Source: Octopus vulgaris
Lineage: Eukaryota
Length of the DNA: 64,000 bases
Assembly: GCA_951406725.2 (NCBI GenBank)
Contig: OX597822.1
Span: forward strand, 86,924,001-86,988,000
Direction of reading: 5' to 3'
Shown here in pieces: positions 11,603-24,026 of this stretch. Each line of letters begins with the position of its first letter. Position 1 is the stretch's first letter. Position numbers and translations under genes: made by a program. The notes beneath the pieces are model-generated. The model made no database searches, had not been told where the DNA came from, and worked only from the letters and a program-made list of their open reading frames with translations.

Positions 11603-11788
11603 TGATGACAATGATATGAAAAAACAAATTTATCATTTGTATATTTACAATGAATATATGTTAGTATGTTAGTAATAACAGCAATATTGTTTATCAATTG
11701 GTTGCAAGTCTCACATTATCTGTTACTACCAACAATAGCAAAAGTATGTAGCCATCATTATCTGTCATGTGATCATATGATATGCTGA

Positions 11789-12125
11789 GATGCATGGCTC
11801 AGTGGTGAGAGTGTCGAGCTTATAATCATGAGGTCTTGAGTTCAGTTCTTGGACCGGGCTTTGTATTGCATTCTTGAGCAAGACACTTTATTTCATGTTG
11901 CTCCAGTTAACTCAGCTGTTGAAATGAGTTGCAACATCACTGGTGCCAAGCTGTATCATGGCCTTTGCCATTTCCCTTGGGATAACATCAGTGGCTTGGA
12001 GAGGGGAGGCCGATATGCATAGGCAACTGCTGATCTAACACAGACAACTTTGCCCATATTTGTTCCTAGGAGGGGAACTTACTAAGTGCAATCCCATGAT
12101 CATTTGTGACTGAAAGGGGTCTTTA
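11789..12125 (+). mobile_element. tRNA-derived SINE family B
   Basis: Reverse complement of 6025-6352. Confidence 0.85.
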
Positions 12126-12284
12126 TTCCTTTTTACTTAGTGTAGTCAGAAGTATACACTGTAAATATACTGAGGATTGAATAACCAAGGGAGATAAATA
12201 GTTTAAGATCAGAGTTGTCTCACTCGTGAGGATGGACAACCAGAAAGAGGTAGAGACATCTTGCTAATTTACATTAGTTTCAGT

Positions 12285-12470
12285 AGTTTTGGGAAGTGGT
12301 GTAAGTCGATTACATCCACCCCAGCACTCAACTGGTACTCATTTATTGATCTCAAAAGGATGAAAGGCAAAGTTGACTGTGGTGGAATTTGGACTCAGAA
12401 CATAAAAGCAGACGAAATGCTGCCTCAAACATTTTTCTAGGAGAAGTAAAAACTCTACTTGCTCATTGCC
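12285..12470 (-). mobile_element. SINE family C (MIR/CORE-like)
   Basis: aaggatgaaaggcaaagt.gac..ggaatttg.actcagaac motif; copies at 15320, 26140, 32470, 43970, 59620. Confidence 0.8.
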
Positions 12471-12485
12471 CTAATCCTGTTAATG

Positions 12486-12531
<46 letters not shown>

Positions 12532-12631
12532 TTAATATATAGTAAATCCCCCAAAAAGAACAAACACAAAAAAACAACAATGTGAGGACACATGTAAAGT
12601 TAGCAGACATTCAGGGAAGGAGAAAAAGATG

Positions 12632-12666
12632 GTTTAATGTTTCGGGCAATGCTCTTCTTCAGAAAC
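12632..12666 (-). ncRNA. Ultra-minimal hammerhead-like motif in a TA-flanked element (12540-12745)
   Basis: Minus: guuu-CUGAAGA-a-gagc auu gccc-GAAA-ca-UU-aaac. Confidence 0.6.
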
Positions 12667-12774
12667 AGAGGAGAGTCCAATAGAAAGGAAGACGGAGGAA
12701 GAAAATCGCCAATGATTCACATGTGGTTATGTTTTGCAGGTATATATTAATATATGTATCTGTATAGCTTCAGG

Positions 12775-13000
12775 ATTCGGTAGACGGAGACTGAAAGAAG
12801 CCTGTCGTATGTGTGTGTGTCACTCACCATCGCTTACAACTGGTGTTGGTGTGTTTGCGTCCCTGTAACTTAGCGGTTCAGCTAAGAGACTGATAGAATA
12901 AGTACTAGGCTTATGAAGAATAAGTCCTGGGGTCGATGTGTTCAACTAAAGGTGATGCTCCAGCATGGCCACAGTCAACATGACTGAAACAAATAAAAGA
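12775..13000 (+). mobile_element. SINE family A, 5'-truncated
   Basis: gtagacggagactgaaagaagcc...ggtgatgctccagcatggcc...gactgaaac. Confidence 0.85.
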
Positions 13001-13458
13001 ATATATATATATATTTTTAGATAAGTTCAAATATATGAAGTGTATATTTGGTATAGAGCAAGTGTCTAAGGTCAGGTTGGGTGTGAAGTTGGGGTATTTC
13101 CAGAGAAGCACTTGACCCAAATACTGAGCTATCAACATAGTCGGGATCCAAGCTAAAGCCGAAATGCTTCAGATATAGAAAATCCAAGTTTCACGATGAT
13201 TATACCATCATATGGGTTTGGCAAAGAGTAAATAATCCATTGAAAAGAAGAAGACAAAGAAAATTCTTTAACACCTCTTTTATTATAAGTTACAAATGGT
13301 TCTGTACCATCTCCATTTGCAATGCCAGTTTATTCTTCTCTTTGAGATGCAGATTTCGAAAATGAAATTCATTTTTCTTGATGCTCCATTTCAGAGCCTT
13401 TGGAGGCTAAATACACATACATAACCACATATACTCACATTCATATATATATATATAT

Positions 13459-13753
13459 CATCATCATCATCATCATCGTTTAACGTCCATTTTCCATGCT
13501 AGCATGGGTTGGACGGTTCAACTGGGGTCTGGGAAGCCAGAAGGCTGCGCCAGGCCCAGTCTGATCTGGCAGTGTTTCTACAACTGGATGCCCTTCCTAA
13601 CGCCAACCACTCCGTGAGTGCTTTTTACGTGCCACCTGCAAAGGTGCCAGACGAGGCTGGCAAACAGCCACGATCGGATGGTGCTTTTTATGTGCCACCG
13701 GCATGGGGGCCAGATGAGGCTGGCAACGGCCACAATCGGATGGTGCTTTTTAC
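13459..13753 (-). mobile_element. RTE 3' end with internal ~60-bp subrepeats
   Basis: (CAT)n tail; repeated gtgctttttacgtgccacc...gaggctggc units. Confidence 0.85.
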
Positions 13754-15319
13754 AATATATAAATTTAAATTTAAAATGAGGGTGAGAAATTAGATGTTAA
13801 TTTAATTAACATCGATTTCACACCAGTGGTCTAGCATATAAAAAAACTGAAGGTTCAGTAAAATTGTATTATATACATATTAGAGGGAAACCACCCTTAT
13901 GCTAGAAATAGATCCGCTGTGGTCTTATCACTAAGAAATGTTCTCAAGAAAAATTTAGCCAAACAACCAAAATGTAATCGAGCAAGACAAAAGAAAAAGC
14001 AATGAAAACATGGATTATTCGCATACATGTTTCACTATTAACATATTACGTAATTTTACTTACATAAATGTCCGTAGGTCATCAGTGCGACCGTCTAGAT
14101 GAATATAATTTGCAGGACTGCATACTACGTGTTCATTCACACTTACATTCAACAGAACATGTAAGCTTCATTTCTTTCCAGTCTTCTCATGTCCTCTGCA
14201 TTCAAGGTTCAAGTCTCACTACCCCACAGTATCACAGTAGTAGCTTCGTATAATCTACCTTTCACTCTGAGGGAAAAGACTTTTGTTGCCAGCAGCAATG
14301 GTAACTATTGGTTGCATAAGAGTAGAATTGTTGAAGGTGACAACAAGTGAATCAATAATGTATAATAAAAAGTGGAGGTGATATAACCAAGTTTCCACGT
14401 ATATCAGAGTCAACAGCTCAACAATGTGATGCTGCAGTTGGACAGAAAGCTTTTAATCCAAGAGAATTCCATAGAATCAGCTTGGTGAATATTGCAACAA
14501 AGATAAGTACCAATGTACCAGTGGTTCTCATAAATGAATCTTCTTACGCTAAAGATATTCATAACTGATCAAACCTGAGTGACTTCTGATCTGTCTGTAG
14601 ATGAGTTAATCAAATATTTTTCATCTTCCTAAAGTTCACAAAATAAAAATGGTCTTTCCAGCAGTTGACTCTTTACAATCTTTAATGTTCTTATCTCCTT
14701 TACTGTCAACAAGAAACAAGACAGACAGATAAGCTGCAACATTATAATGTTGATCATTGCTCTTGTTGTATTGTGTAACTTCAATATGAGATGAATCTTA
14801 TGATCTTAGGACCTTGAACATGCTAGCAGTGTTACTTTATTGAATGCACCCAATGCTTTAAAGAAGTTTGCTTTAAACATTAATTGATCTGTATTCTCAC
14901 AGTCAACAGTATTACTTAATAGCAATGACAGAGGAGTTTGTTCCTTTGAGGTTTTTCCTGCTACTTGTTGACCAGTCCAGGACAGTAAGATTGGGGAACT
15001 TATTTCATGTTGGCTCTCTAATATTGATATCCAGTTTCTAATCTCAAAGAGATGCAAAACTACTCCAAGAGCTGATGTGCCTGTGCACTTGTACACTCTT
15101 CTCTTTGGCTACTGTGAAGTTTCATATTTATAATTTCAGATTTTCCTTCTTAAGGATCTGATAACTGGGTTTGAAAAGAAAAATGCAGTTGAGTTCTGTA
15201 CTTACTTTAAATATGCCAAATCTGGTAATACTGGTAAATTCATTGCTATCTGGTGCCAGAACTGGTCATCTTCTCTGTGTTGACTTCACATTTCAACATC
15301 ATCATTATTCAGTGCTGAA

Positions 15320-15530
15320 AAAGGCAGCGAGCTGGCAAAACCATTAGCATGCTGGGCAAAATACTTTTGTCCATCTTGACATTCTGAGTTCAAATTCTGT
15401 GGTGGTTGACTTAATCTTTCATCCTTTCAGGGTCGATAAATTAAGTACCAGTGAAATACCGGGGTTGAATATAATTGATTAGTCTCCTCTCACAGGGTTT
15501 TAGGCCTTGTGCCGTTAATAGAAAGGATCA
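15320..15530 (+). mobile_element. SINE family C
   Basis: ggcagcgagctggc..ctgagttcaaattc..tttcatcctttc.gggtcgataaattaagtacc. Confidence 0.8.
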
Positions 15531-15923
15531 TTCAATGTTGATCCAGCCCACTGTTTTGATTCTTGGTGCCAATATGGTCGGCAATCTGACCTGGCCAATG
15601 ATACATGATTATTTATGGCAACTATTTGAAAAGGACTTTCATCATCTTCAGGAATAGCTTAAACCATTGTGGTAAATACACTAATATGAGTGTTTGTTGT
15701 AATACAGATGTATCACCATCATCATCATCACAGCAGCGATAAAAAGACATTGATTAAACTTCTCTCACTCTACTCTAACCTTCTAATTGGCCCTTAAAAA
15801 TGCATTATATTCTAGTTTGGTTTCAAATTACAACCATCATTGGCTATAATGAAGGACTGGAAATGAGACTAAATTCAGGGAATTTATTAGTGAATAATCT
15901 GATAAATGAAAGGGATTTATTAA

Positions 15924-16345
15924 TTTACTCTTTACTCTTTATTCTTTTACTTGTTTCAGTCATTTGACTGCGGCCATGCTGGAGCACCGCCTTTAGTCGA
16001 GCAAATCGACCCCCAGGACTTATTCTTTGTAAGCCCAGTACTTATTCTATCGGTCTCTTTTGCTGAACCGCTAAGTTACGGGGATGTAAACACACCAGCA
16101 TCGGTTATCAAGCAATGCTAGGGGGATAAACACAGACACACAAACATAGACACACGCATACACACATATATATACATATATACGACAGGCTTCTTTCAGT
16201 TTCCGTCTACCAAATCCACTCACAAGGCATTGGTCAGCCCGAGGCTATAGCAGAAGACACTTGTCCAAGATGCCATGCAGTGGGACTGAACCCGGAACCA
16301 TGTGGTTGGTTAGCAAGCTACTTACCACACAGCCATTCCTGCGCC
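15924..16345 (-). mobile_element. Full-length SINE family A
   Basis: tRNA-like head (ggctgtgtggtaag / gggttcagtccc), internal (TG)n, (AAAGAGT)-like tail; many homologues in the window. Confidence 0.9.
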
Positions 16346-17498
16346 TATTGAGATCAAATGAAGAAGAGAATGATATTACTATGGTGTTTGAATAAGATAT
16401 TTTACAAATATAAGACCTTTGAAAGACCTGGAGAGACAAGAAGTATGAAGGTTTGAGCACAATGCAAACATGGTTATAGAATTGTTAGTCAAGGCATTGA
16501 AGTGATAAGGGTTGATAGGATTGTAAGTATTTAATGCATTTTTCCCTTTTTTAAAACAATAGGATATAATTTGAGGGGGTGTTGTAAACTATTTATAGCA
16601 TGCTGAGGAACCAGCTAGGAGTTGATTTAATGGTTTGTGTTGGTAGGTGTTGTAGCAATTCATTTCTACAGACAACAATAAAGGACATGGTGGTAGCAGT
16701 GGTGGTAAGCAGCAATTGTTGTTGGTATTGTTAATGGTGGTGGTGTTTGATGAGCGATAGTATGATGCAAGCTACAGTGATAATTGCAATGATAAAAACC
16801 TCTGGTGACATTGATCTGGTAATCTAGAACCTCACTATAACATTTAGCTACCTAAATGGAACTAATGAAAAAGCTGGTTTAGTCTCTAAAGATAAAAGAT
16901 TTTAGTGATATTAATTACAACTAAATTCAGAAGGATAAGAGTAATAATAAGATTTGGCCAGATTGTTAACGCTTGGTATTGATATTAAATTTCCAACACA
17001 GCAACTTTGTGTGGGTGTAAAACTTCATAAATTTAGGTACTTTATAATCATCATCATCATCATCGTCAATGATCTGACATCTACTTTCATATATTAGCAT
17101 GAGTTGGACAGATCTTTACAACATATCTCTCCACACAGATCTTTACAAAAATGTCAGCTTTTCATCAGATTTTCTTTGATGTACAAATGTTCTTAGCTTC
17201 ATCAGAGATGCTTCTCCCTAAACTCTACAATGCACTTTTTTCAACTCAGCATTTTTTTTTTTTGGTTTTTGTCTATTTACATTAAATTATCAAACCACAA
17301 GTCATCTCTTCACCTAAATCTGCTTCAGCCAATGTAAAATTACTCACTTTTTGGTTTTTACCTTCAATTATTCTCACAAGTTAACTTCTGTCGTATTCCT
17401 GAATATGTATAAAAACAATACATTTCAATAGGTTCAATAAGGCTGATAGAAATAAAAATATTTATCTGAAGGTTAATAACCTGGAAAATTATATCATA

Positions 17499-17856
17499 CT
17501 AGCACTATGATCCGGTAATGCTGGGTCATAGTGTATGCATATACAGCTGCGTGCGTGCGCACATACATGCGAGTACTGTCCAAATCTCTGACCAATCACA
17601 TACAGCTAGCTGGCATTCAATTGGCGTATCAAGTTTCGGGCATTTTGATTGGGTTTTGGATAGAAAATTCACAAAAAAGTCACTTCTATTGATTTTTTAA
17701 TGGCTTTGCGGGGTGACTGGGGAAATGTAAAGATGTGCACGACCACCCTTGGACAGTTTTGAATGACCATAGAAAGTGCGAGCCCTCTAACTGAAAAATT
17801 GTGGATTTGTATAAAGGACACACACACAGACATTTTGCTGTTTATATATATAGAGA
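17499..17856 (-). mobile_element. Non-autonomous Helitron
   Basis: Minus: A^TCTCTATATATATAAA ... subterminal hairpin ... CTAG^T; near-identical to 42270-42627. Confidence 0.85.
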
Positions 17857-18478
17857 TTAGATCTTTTGATCTAATGTTAAGCAACAAATGTTAAGCAACT
17901 ACATTTAAGGAGAAGGTAGTGTTTCATGTCCATTCATTCTTGATGAATAGATCTCTCATCAAAGAGTCCAATTATGATCACCTCATATTGTTCTCACACA
18001 AAGTGCATTTAACATTATACAATACGTCTTTTAATAAGTAGGTAGGATTTCTTTGAGGGAAATTTTCATACATTCGTATACAGAACAAAGCATTACTTTG
18101 AATTATTTTACAGTTCATGCTTCAAATTAGTCCATCATTTTTTACTCATGTTCACTACTTATGTTAAGTGACAGTTTTTTAGGATGTGTGTGTGTGTGTG
18201 CATTTTATATTTGGAGTACATATATACAGTTGTGTTTGTACATATTTCACTGAATTTTGATTTCTATAAACTTTCATGTGGAAACACACCATCATCTGAT
18301 GTGTACAGATACCCAATCAAGGCTATTTACAGCATTATAGGCATCTGGGCATATCACTGGGCTCTACAGTATAGATTTATTGATAGCAAGTCACAGCATT
18401 GATTAGAATTAGACCCATAAATTTGTAAGGCCCTCTGCAAGCTGCTTATTGAGCCTATGTCTCAAGGCATATATGGTG

Positions 18479-18511
<33 letters not shown>

Positions 18512-18563
18512 TATGTTAGCTCCTACACACATTTTTTTTCTCTCCTTGTTTCTTTTCTGTGTA

Positions 18564-18601
18564 TCTTTCTGTCAAAGAGTGTAGGCTCAAAATGTAAAAG
18601 A
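18564..18601 (+). ncRNA. Decayed minimal hammerhead-like motif in a TA-flanked element (18520-18700)
   Basis: ucuuu-CUGUCAA-agagu guag gcuc-AAAA-ug-UA-aaaga; restoring CpG transitions gives CUGUCGA..gagc/gcuc..GAAACGUA. Confidence 0.45.
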
Positions 18602-18698
18602 CTTGTTCTATTTCTATTCCTGAGCGCCATACTAATACATTTGTTTGTTTGTACTCCACCTGCCTTCGTCTTTTGTTTATTTTCATAAACCTTCCTGT

Positions 18699-18731
<33 letters not shown>

Positions 18732-18774
18732 TTAGTGAGGGAAGAACGAAGATTTTACAAAATTCCTTTTTATT

Positions 18775-18860
18775 ATTTTCTACACATGTTTCAAAGGCTG
18801 CAAATTCCCTAATTCGGATTGAATAAGGAGGCCATTTTGCAGCATTCTCTTCAGGAAAAT
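18775..18860 (-). ncRNA. Type I hammerhead ribozyme, intact core
   Basis: Minus: auuuuc-CUGAAGA-gaaugcugcaaa...uuugcagccuuu-GAAAC-augu-GUA-gaaaau; 6-bp stem I. Confidence 0.8.
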
Positions 18861-18911
18861 CCAGGAACTTAAATCTCCAAACAAATGCGCAGCAAGCTTT
18901 TCGAACAAACG

Positions 18912-18965
18912 CTCCCTAGGAGCCCATGGTATGAATGGCCATTCATACCATGGGCTCCTAGGGAG
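18912..18965. repeat. Perfect 54-bp palindrome, no spacer
   Basis: ctccctaggagcccatggtatgaatgg|ccattcataccatgggctcctagggag. Confidence 0.97.
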
Positions 18966-19222
18966 AAAATAATAAAAAGGAATTTTGTAAAATTTTCGTT
19001 CAGCTCCATTTCTTCCCTCACTAAATATAAAACTTCAATTATCCGCACTAAGGCATGGTTGCGATACCCCATGGTCGTAACCTCAACCGTAATTTTTCTG
19101 TTGTGATTTTTGCTACCCATGTATCGGTTATAATTTGAATAATCCGTAACAAGATAATTCATTTATCCATTTCATTAAATATATATATATATATACATAT
19201 ATATCATAATGATGATGATGGT

Positions 19223-20562
19223 ATCATTATCATCATCATTTAATGTTCTCTGTCCATGCTGGCATGGGCTGGAGGGTTTGACCAGGGCTGGTAAGCTGGA
19301 GAGCTGTTTTGGCACAGTTTCTATGGCTGGATGCCCTTCCTAACACCACCCACTTTACAGAGTGTGTTTGGTGTTTTTACATGGCACAGCCATGAATACT
19401 TTTTATGTGGAATCTGCATACGACTCTAGCTGGTCAATCCTCGCCACCAGGGAGGACCAATCTTAGCACTTCTACTGAGGAGTACAGGTCTTCTTTCTAC
19501 CAGGCATCTGGGTCCTTTGTTATCTCACCTGAAAGGTTGAGCATCCTGAAATTGTTCTTCAGTACTTCATCTCATGTCTTCCTGGGTCTCCCACTTCCAC
19601 ATGTTCCATTTACTTTGAAAGATCAGCACTTCTTTATGGAGCTGTCAGCATCCATCTACATCACATGACCAAACCAGCACAATCTTCTCTCTTGCTCACA
19701 ACATTTAATTCCTCTTATGCCTAACTTCTCTCTCAAAACACTAACACTCTGTCGAACAAATACACTTACATTACACATCCAGCAGAGCATAATAGCATCA
19801 TTCCTTTCTAACCTTTGCATGTCCTCTGCATTTAGGGCCCCCATGAATCATACAATTTTCCTTTCACTCGGAGAGAGAAACCTGTCATAGCCAACAGAAG
19901 TAACAGCACTCTGAATTTCCTCCATCCTATTCTTATTCTAGCTAATACATTCTCCTTACATCCTCCCCAACAACTAATTTGGTCCCCTAAGCAGCAGAAA
20001 TTATCCACTACCTCTAATGAGCCACCAAGGCATTTGAGAGAATCAATTTCCTGAGTCTCTGTAGTTTTTATGGTGCCTGTGCATCTTCCACATATCAACA
20101 TTACTTTCTCTGATAACCTTCCGATTAACCCACTGCACCTCTTGTGTGTCCATAGCTTACACTGGGTACACCATATGGAGTTCCTGTCTACACTTTTCCT
20201 ACTAATCGAACGGGGCCACCTACCTGAAGGGAGTAGGGTTCTATCTGTTTTCTTGCTTACTAAGACCTTAGTCTTTGCTAGTTAACCTTAAGGCCCTTAG
20301 ATTCCAGGTTTTGTTTCTATACCTGGAATTTATATTCTTTCTCTGATATGGAATCTTCCATGAGGGCAAGATCATCAGCATATAGTACTTCCCAGGGATG
20401 CCGGTCTTGGATTCCTCTGTTATGGTCTGGAGGACAATGATGAAAAGGAGGGGACTGAGGACTGAGCCTTGATGAATTCCTACTTGTACATCAAATTCTT
20501 CACTATATTCATGTTTAACTTCCACCTTACTGACAGCATCTCTGTACATGGCCTGTACAGCT
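19223..20562 (-). mobile_element. 5'-truncated RTE LINE (RT C-terminus, 3' UTR, tail)
   Basis: VGIHQGSVLSPLLFIIVLQ; RIRIGWRKFR; LERNDAIMLCWMC..RRLCWFGHVM. Confidence 0.9.
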
Positions 20563-20582
20563 TATATATATATATATATACA

Positions 20583-20730
20583 GGCGTTAGGAAGGGCATC
20601 CAGCCGTAGAAACACTGCCAGATTTGACTGGGCCTGATGAAGCCTTCTGGCTTCACAGACCCCAGTAGAACCGTCCAACCCATGCTAGCATGGAAAACGG
20701 ACGCTAAACGATGATGATGATGATGATGAT
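20583..20730 (+). mobile_element. Young RTE 3'-end fragment
   Basis: Nearly identical to 42106-42250; CpGs intact. Confidence 0.9.
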
Positions 20731-21540
20731 ATACATATTTTATCATTAATTAAAATCTTAGGGTAGCAAGAATATTCATAGAAAAATTCTTAGTTACCAG
20801 TGGTCTAGCGAGAAAGAAAAAATTAGTCAATAGACTATATATTATTCAAAGAAGAATACAGTGTACGTTCAAACACAAAAGAGATACCCGAAGAATAGGA
20901 TATCTGACTCGCTAGAAATAGCAGTTAAAACTCCAAGCCACCAATTGTTGTAATTCCGAAAGTGATTGGAAAATAAAAACTTTTACCGTAATCCTATATA
21001 TATATATATCAAAACATAAAGGAATAGGGATTTGAAATCCGAGCAGGTACCTTAATCCAGATCTGGCTAACCACATTGAATGATAGGGAACATACAGAAT
21101 TAAGATAAAGAATCACATGATACTTCATGATAGATAAATCCTGAGTTCACTCCATTGGATTTCATACAGTGTACTTTGGTTTGATTACACACACACACAC
21201 ATCCCTCCTCCACACAGGGAGTAATTTATTGCACAGCTTCTGTCTATTAAACTCAATTCAGAAGACATTGGTCAATCTGAGTTTATAGAGACAGACAGCA
21301 TTATATTTACGGTTGGGAAGTAATCTTTGTCACCATACTGCCATAAGGTAGAGAACATACAGTGCATTCAACACTGGGCATACATACATTACTGCATGAA
21401 AATACACTGGAACATATAAATTGCTCCTTGGAGAAGCAACCTTGTAAAAAGGGTTTGTTTTCCACTCAATGCTGATATATATACATACAGACATTTCATA
21501 AATGCCAGTGCATGAAACTGTTGGACTTTGAGTTAGTCTC

Positions 21541-21774
21541 TTACTTCTATTTTACTTTTTTACTTGTTTCAGTCATTTGACTGCGGCCATGCTGGAGCAC
21601 CGCCTTTTGTCGAGCAAATCGACCCCAGGACTTATTCTTTGTAAGACTAGTACTTTATTCTATCGGTCTCTTTTGCTGAACCACTAAGTTATGGGGATGT
21701 AAACACACCAGCATTGGTTGTCAAGCGATGTTGGGGGGACAAACACAGACACACAAACACACGCACACACACAC

Positions 21775-21806
<32 letters not shown>

Positions 21807-21937
21807 GATGGGCATCTTTGAGTTTCTGTCTACCAAATCCATTCACAAGGCTTTGCCCAAAGTGCCACGCAGTAGGACTGAACCCGGAACCATGTGGTCG
21901 GTAAGCAAGCTACTTATCACACAGCCACTCCTGCGCC
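21541..21937 (-). mobile_element. SINE family A
   Basis: Homologous to 15924-16345. Confidence 0.9.
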
Positions 21938-22764
21938 TATCTGCTAAATATTAATAAAAAATATATATGCCAATGAAAAGAAGACAAAGAAAATTCCTTA
22001 ATACATCTTTAATTATCAGTTACAAATGTTTCCATACCATCTCCATTTGCAATGCCAGTTTATGTGAAAATTTTAAATGAAAAATAAAGTAATATTTGAG
22101 GTTTTCGACATTAGAGAGGTATTTTGTCAGACTTGCATCAAAAGTGTGCTATTACATCATGCATTCTTCTGACCTTGTTGTTAGGAAAATATCAGGTGGA
22201 AATAAAAAGTAAAATTTAAAAGTGTGACTGCAGAATGAGTATATGAATAATAATGAAAAGATGTAATTTGTTATGGGAAATAACTCGACTTTTAGATAAC
22301 TTTCCTCACTATCTGTCACTATCAATCTATCTCTCTCTATATATTTACCACACTCTTTGTCTCTCTCTCTCTCTGCATATGTATTAACTCTGATGCATTG
22401 CTTTCATTTTGTTTAAGACCTAATCTTCTAATTCTTACTTTCATTTTATCACAGCTATCATGTACAAATCCTGTTTTCTGATTGGGTAAAAATGATCAAA
22501 CTTTAAACCTCTGTAACATTTTTCTAAACTCTTTCTGGAATAAATGAATTAAACTCATATTCAGCATGAAAAAGTACATCAATATACCAAATTTAGAAAT
22601 TTTCACTTAATTTTAAAATTTCAAAATCTGTGACTGCAACAGAAAACATCTCTCTTTCTCTCTCTTCCAGTTTTTACTTTTCCCATAGTAAACTTTCCTT
22701 CTTTCTATATATATTTACCACACTCTCTCATTCTTTATAAAAATACATTGCTCATGCTGAGTGT

Positions 22765-22814
<50 letters not shown>

Positions 22815-23556
22815 AATCATGTCTGTAAGGGAATTTCATTAGGACGACAGGCTGATTTTAAAAAAGGATGTAAAAGTTTATTTTAATAGCATACTTTTCT
22901 GTTTGTAAATATGTTTTTTTTTTGCACACACATGGCCTTGCTTGATGTGAGGTGTTGGGTGGTTAAAAATTTAAATTACAAAATTTTTGTTGTTGCTTAA
23001 ATCCCAGCTGTGGATGACTGCATCATTGTTCTATAAAATGTGTTTATGGGGGAGAAAAATATTGAAAAATATCAATGCATGTCAGAGTGACAAAGAAACA
23101 AGGAAGGTACATGGTGGTCATGGTATGTGCTGGAAACAACAACTAAGTCTCCCTTAAATCACACCTTTTCATAAGAAAATTATAAACAAAAACAAATTGC
23201 AGATTTGGACTGTCTGCATTTAAAACTGTCAAAAAAAAAAAAAAGAATTAGAAAAAAGAAGCCAAAAATTTTAGGATTTATGCAGGGCCAGGGTTAATGA
23301 AAAAATTAAAAACGATTTCACTATTGCCTAAATCAATTTCATTTTTTGTTTGAAAATAAGTTAAAAAATTTTTTTTTCATAAAAAGCCTCCCGCCATCAA
23401 TTTCAAAGGTTTGGTGGAAAGAAAAAAATTGTAAAATCCCTGAGAGAAAATCTAACTTTATGTAGGTGTGCTATTCCGAAAGTGAGAATTGCCCAGCAAC
23501 GACAGGATACACAGAATATACATATACATAAAACATACATACATATATGTTTGTGT

Positions 23557-23597
23557 GTATGTATGTATGTATGTATGTATGTATGTATGTATGTATG

Positions 23598-23687
<90 letters not shown>
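23557..23687. repeat. (TATG)n(TATC)n(TA)n microsatellite
   Basis: Direct reading. Confidence 0.95.
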
Positions 23688-23690
<3 letters not shown>

Positions 23691-23752
23691 ATAATAAATA
23701 TTAGGGAATAAATCCAAACTTACAGGGAAAAATCAGATTTAGGATTGAATCC

Positions 23753-23797
<45 letters not shown>

Positions 23798-23983
23798 CAC
23801 AGACACACATATATGTATGTATATTTTATGTATATATATATTCTGTGTATCCTGTCGTTGCCAGGCATACATGTGTATATATTACATACACATGTATTAC
23901 ATATATTGTACATACATGTGTATATATTACATACGCATATATACAAATACACACATATGCACATAAATAATAAATACATACAC

Positions 23984-24026
<43 letters not shown>

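Larger units (their letters stand above)
18727..19029 (-). mobile_element. Fold-back element with hammerhead and internal perfect palindrome
   Basis: Arms 18727-18781 / 18964-19029; TA-flanked. Confidence 0.8.

Noticed and set aside
12165-12260. CTGAGGA ... GAAA possible hammerhead
   Set aside because: No consistent stem I or stem II pairing could be built.
13610-13753. Spaced direct repeats resembling a CRISPR array
   Set aside because: The units are similar along their whole length, belong to the RTE 3' UTR, and the context is eukaryotic with no cas genes.
14806-15096. 96-aa minus-strand ORF in unique sequence
   Set aside because: No recognisable motif or splice signals; possibly ancient transposon debris.
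20625-20680. CTGATGA followed by a hairpin in young RTE tails (also ~42158)
   Set aside because: The hairpin is followed by TCAC, not GAAA; other family copies read ctggtgca; no hammerhead fold.
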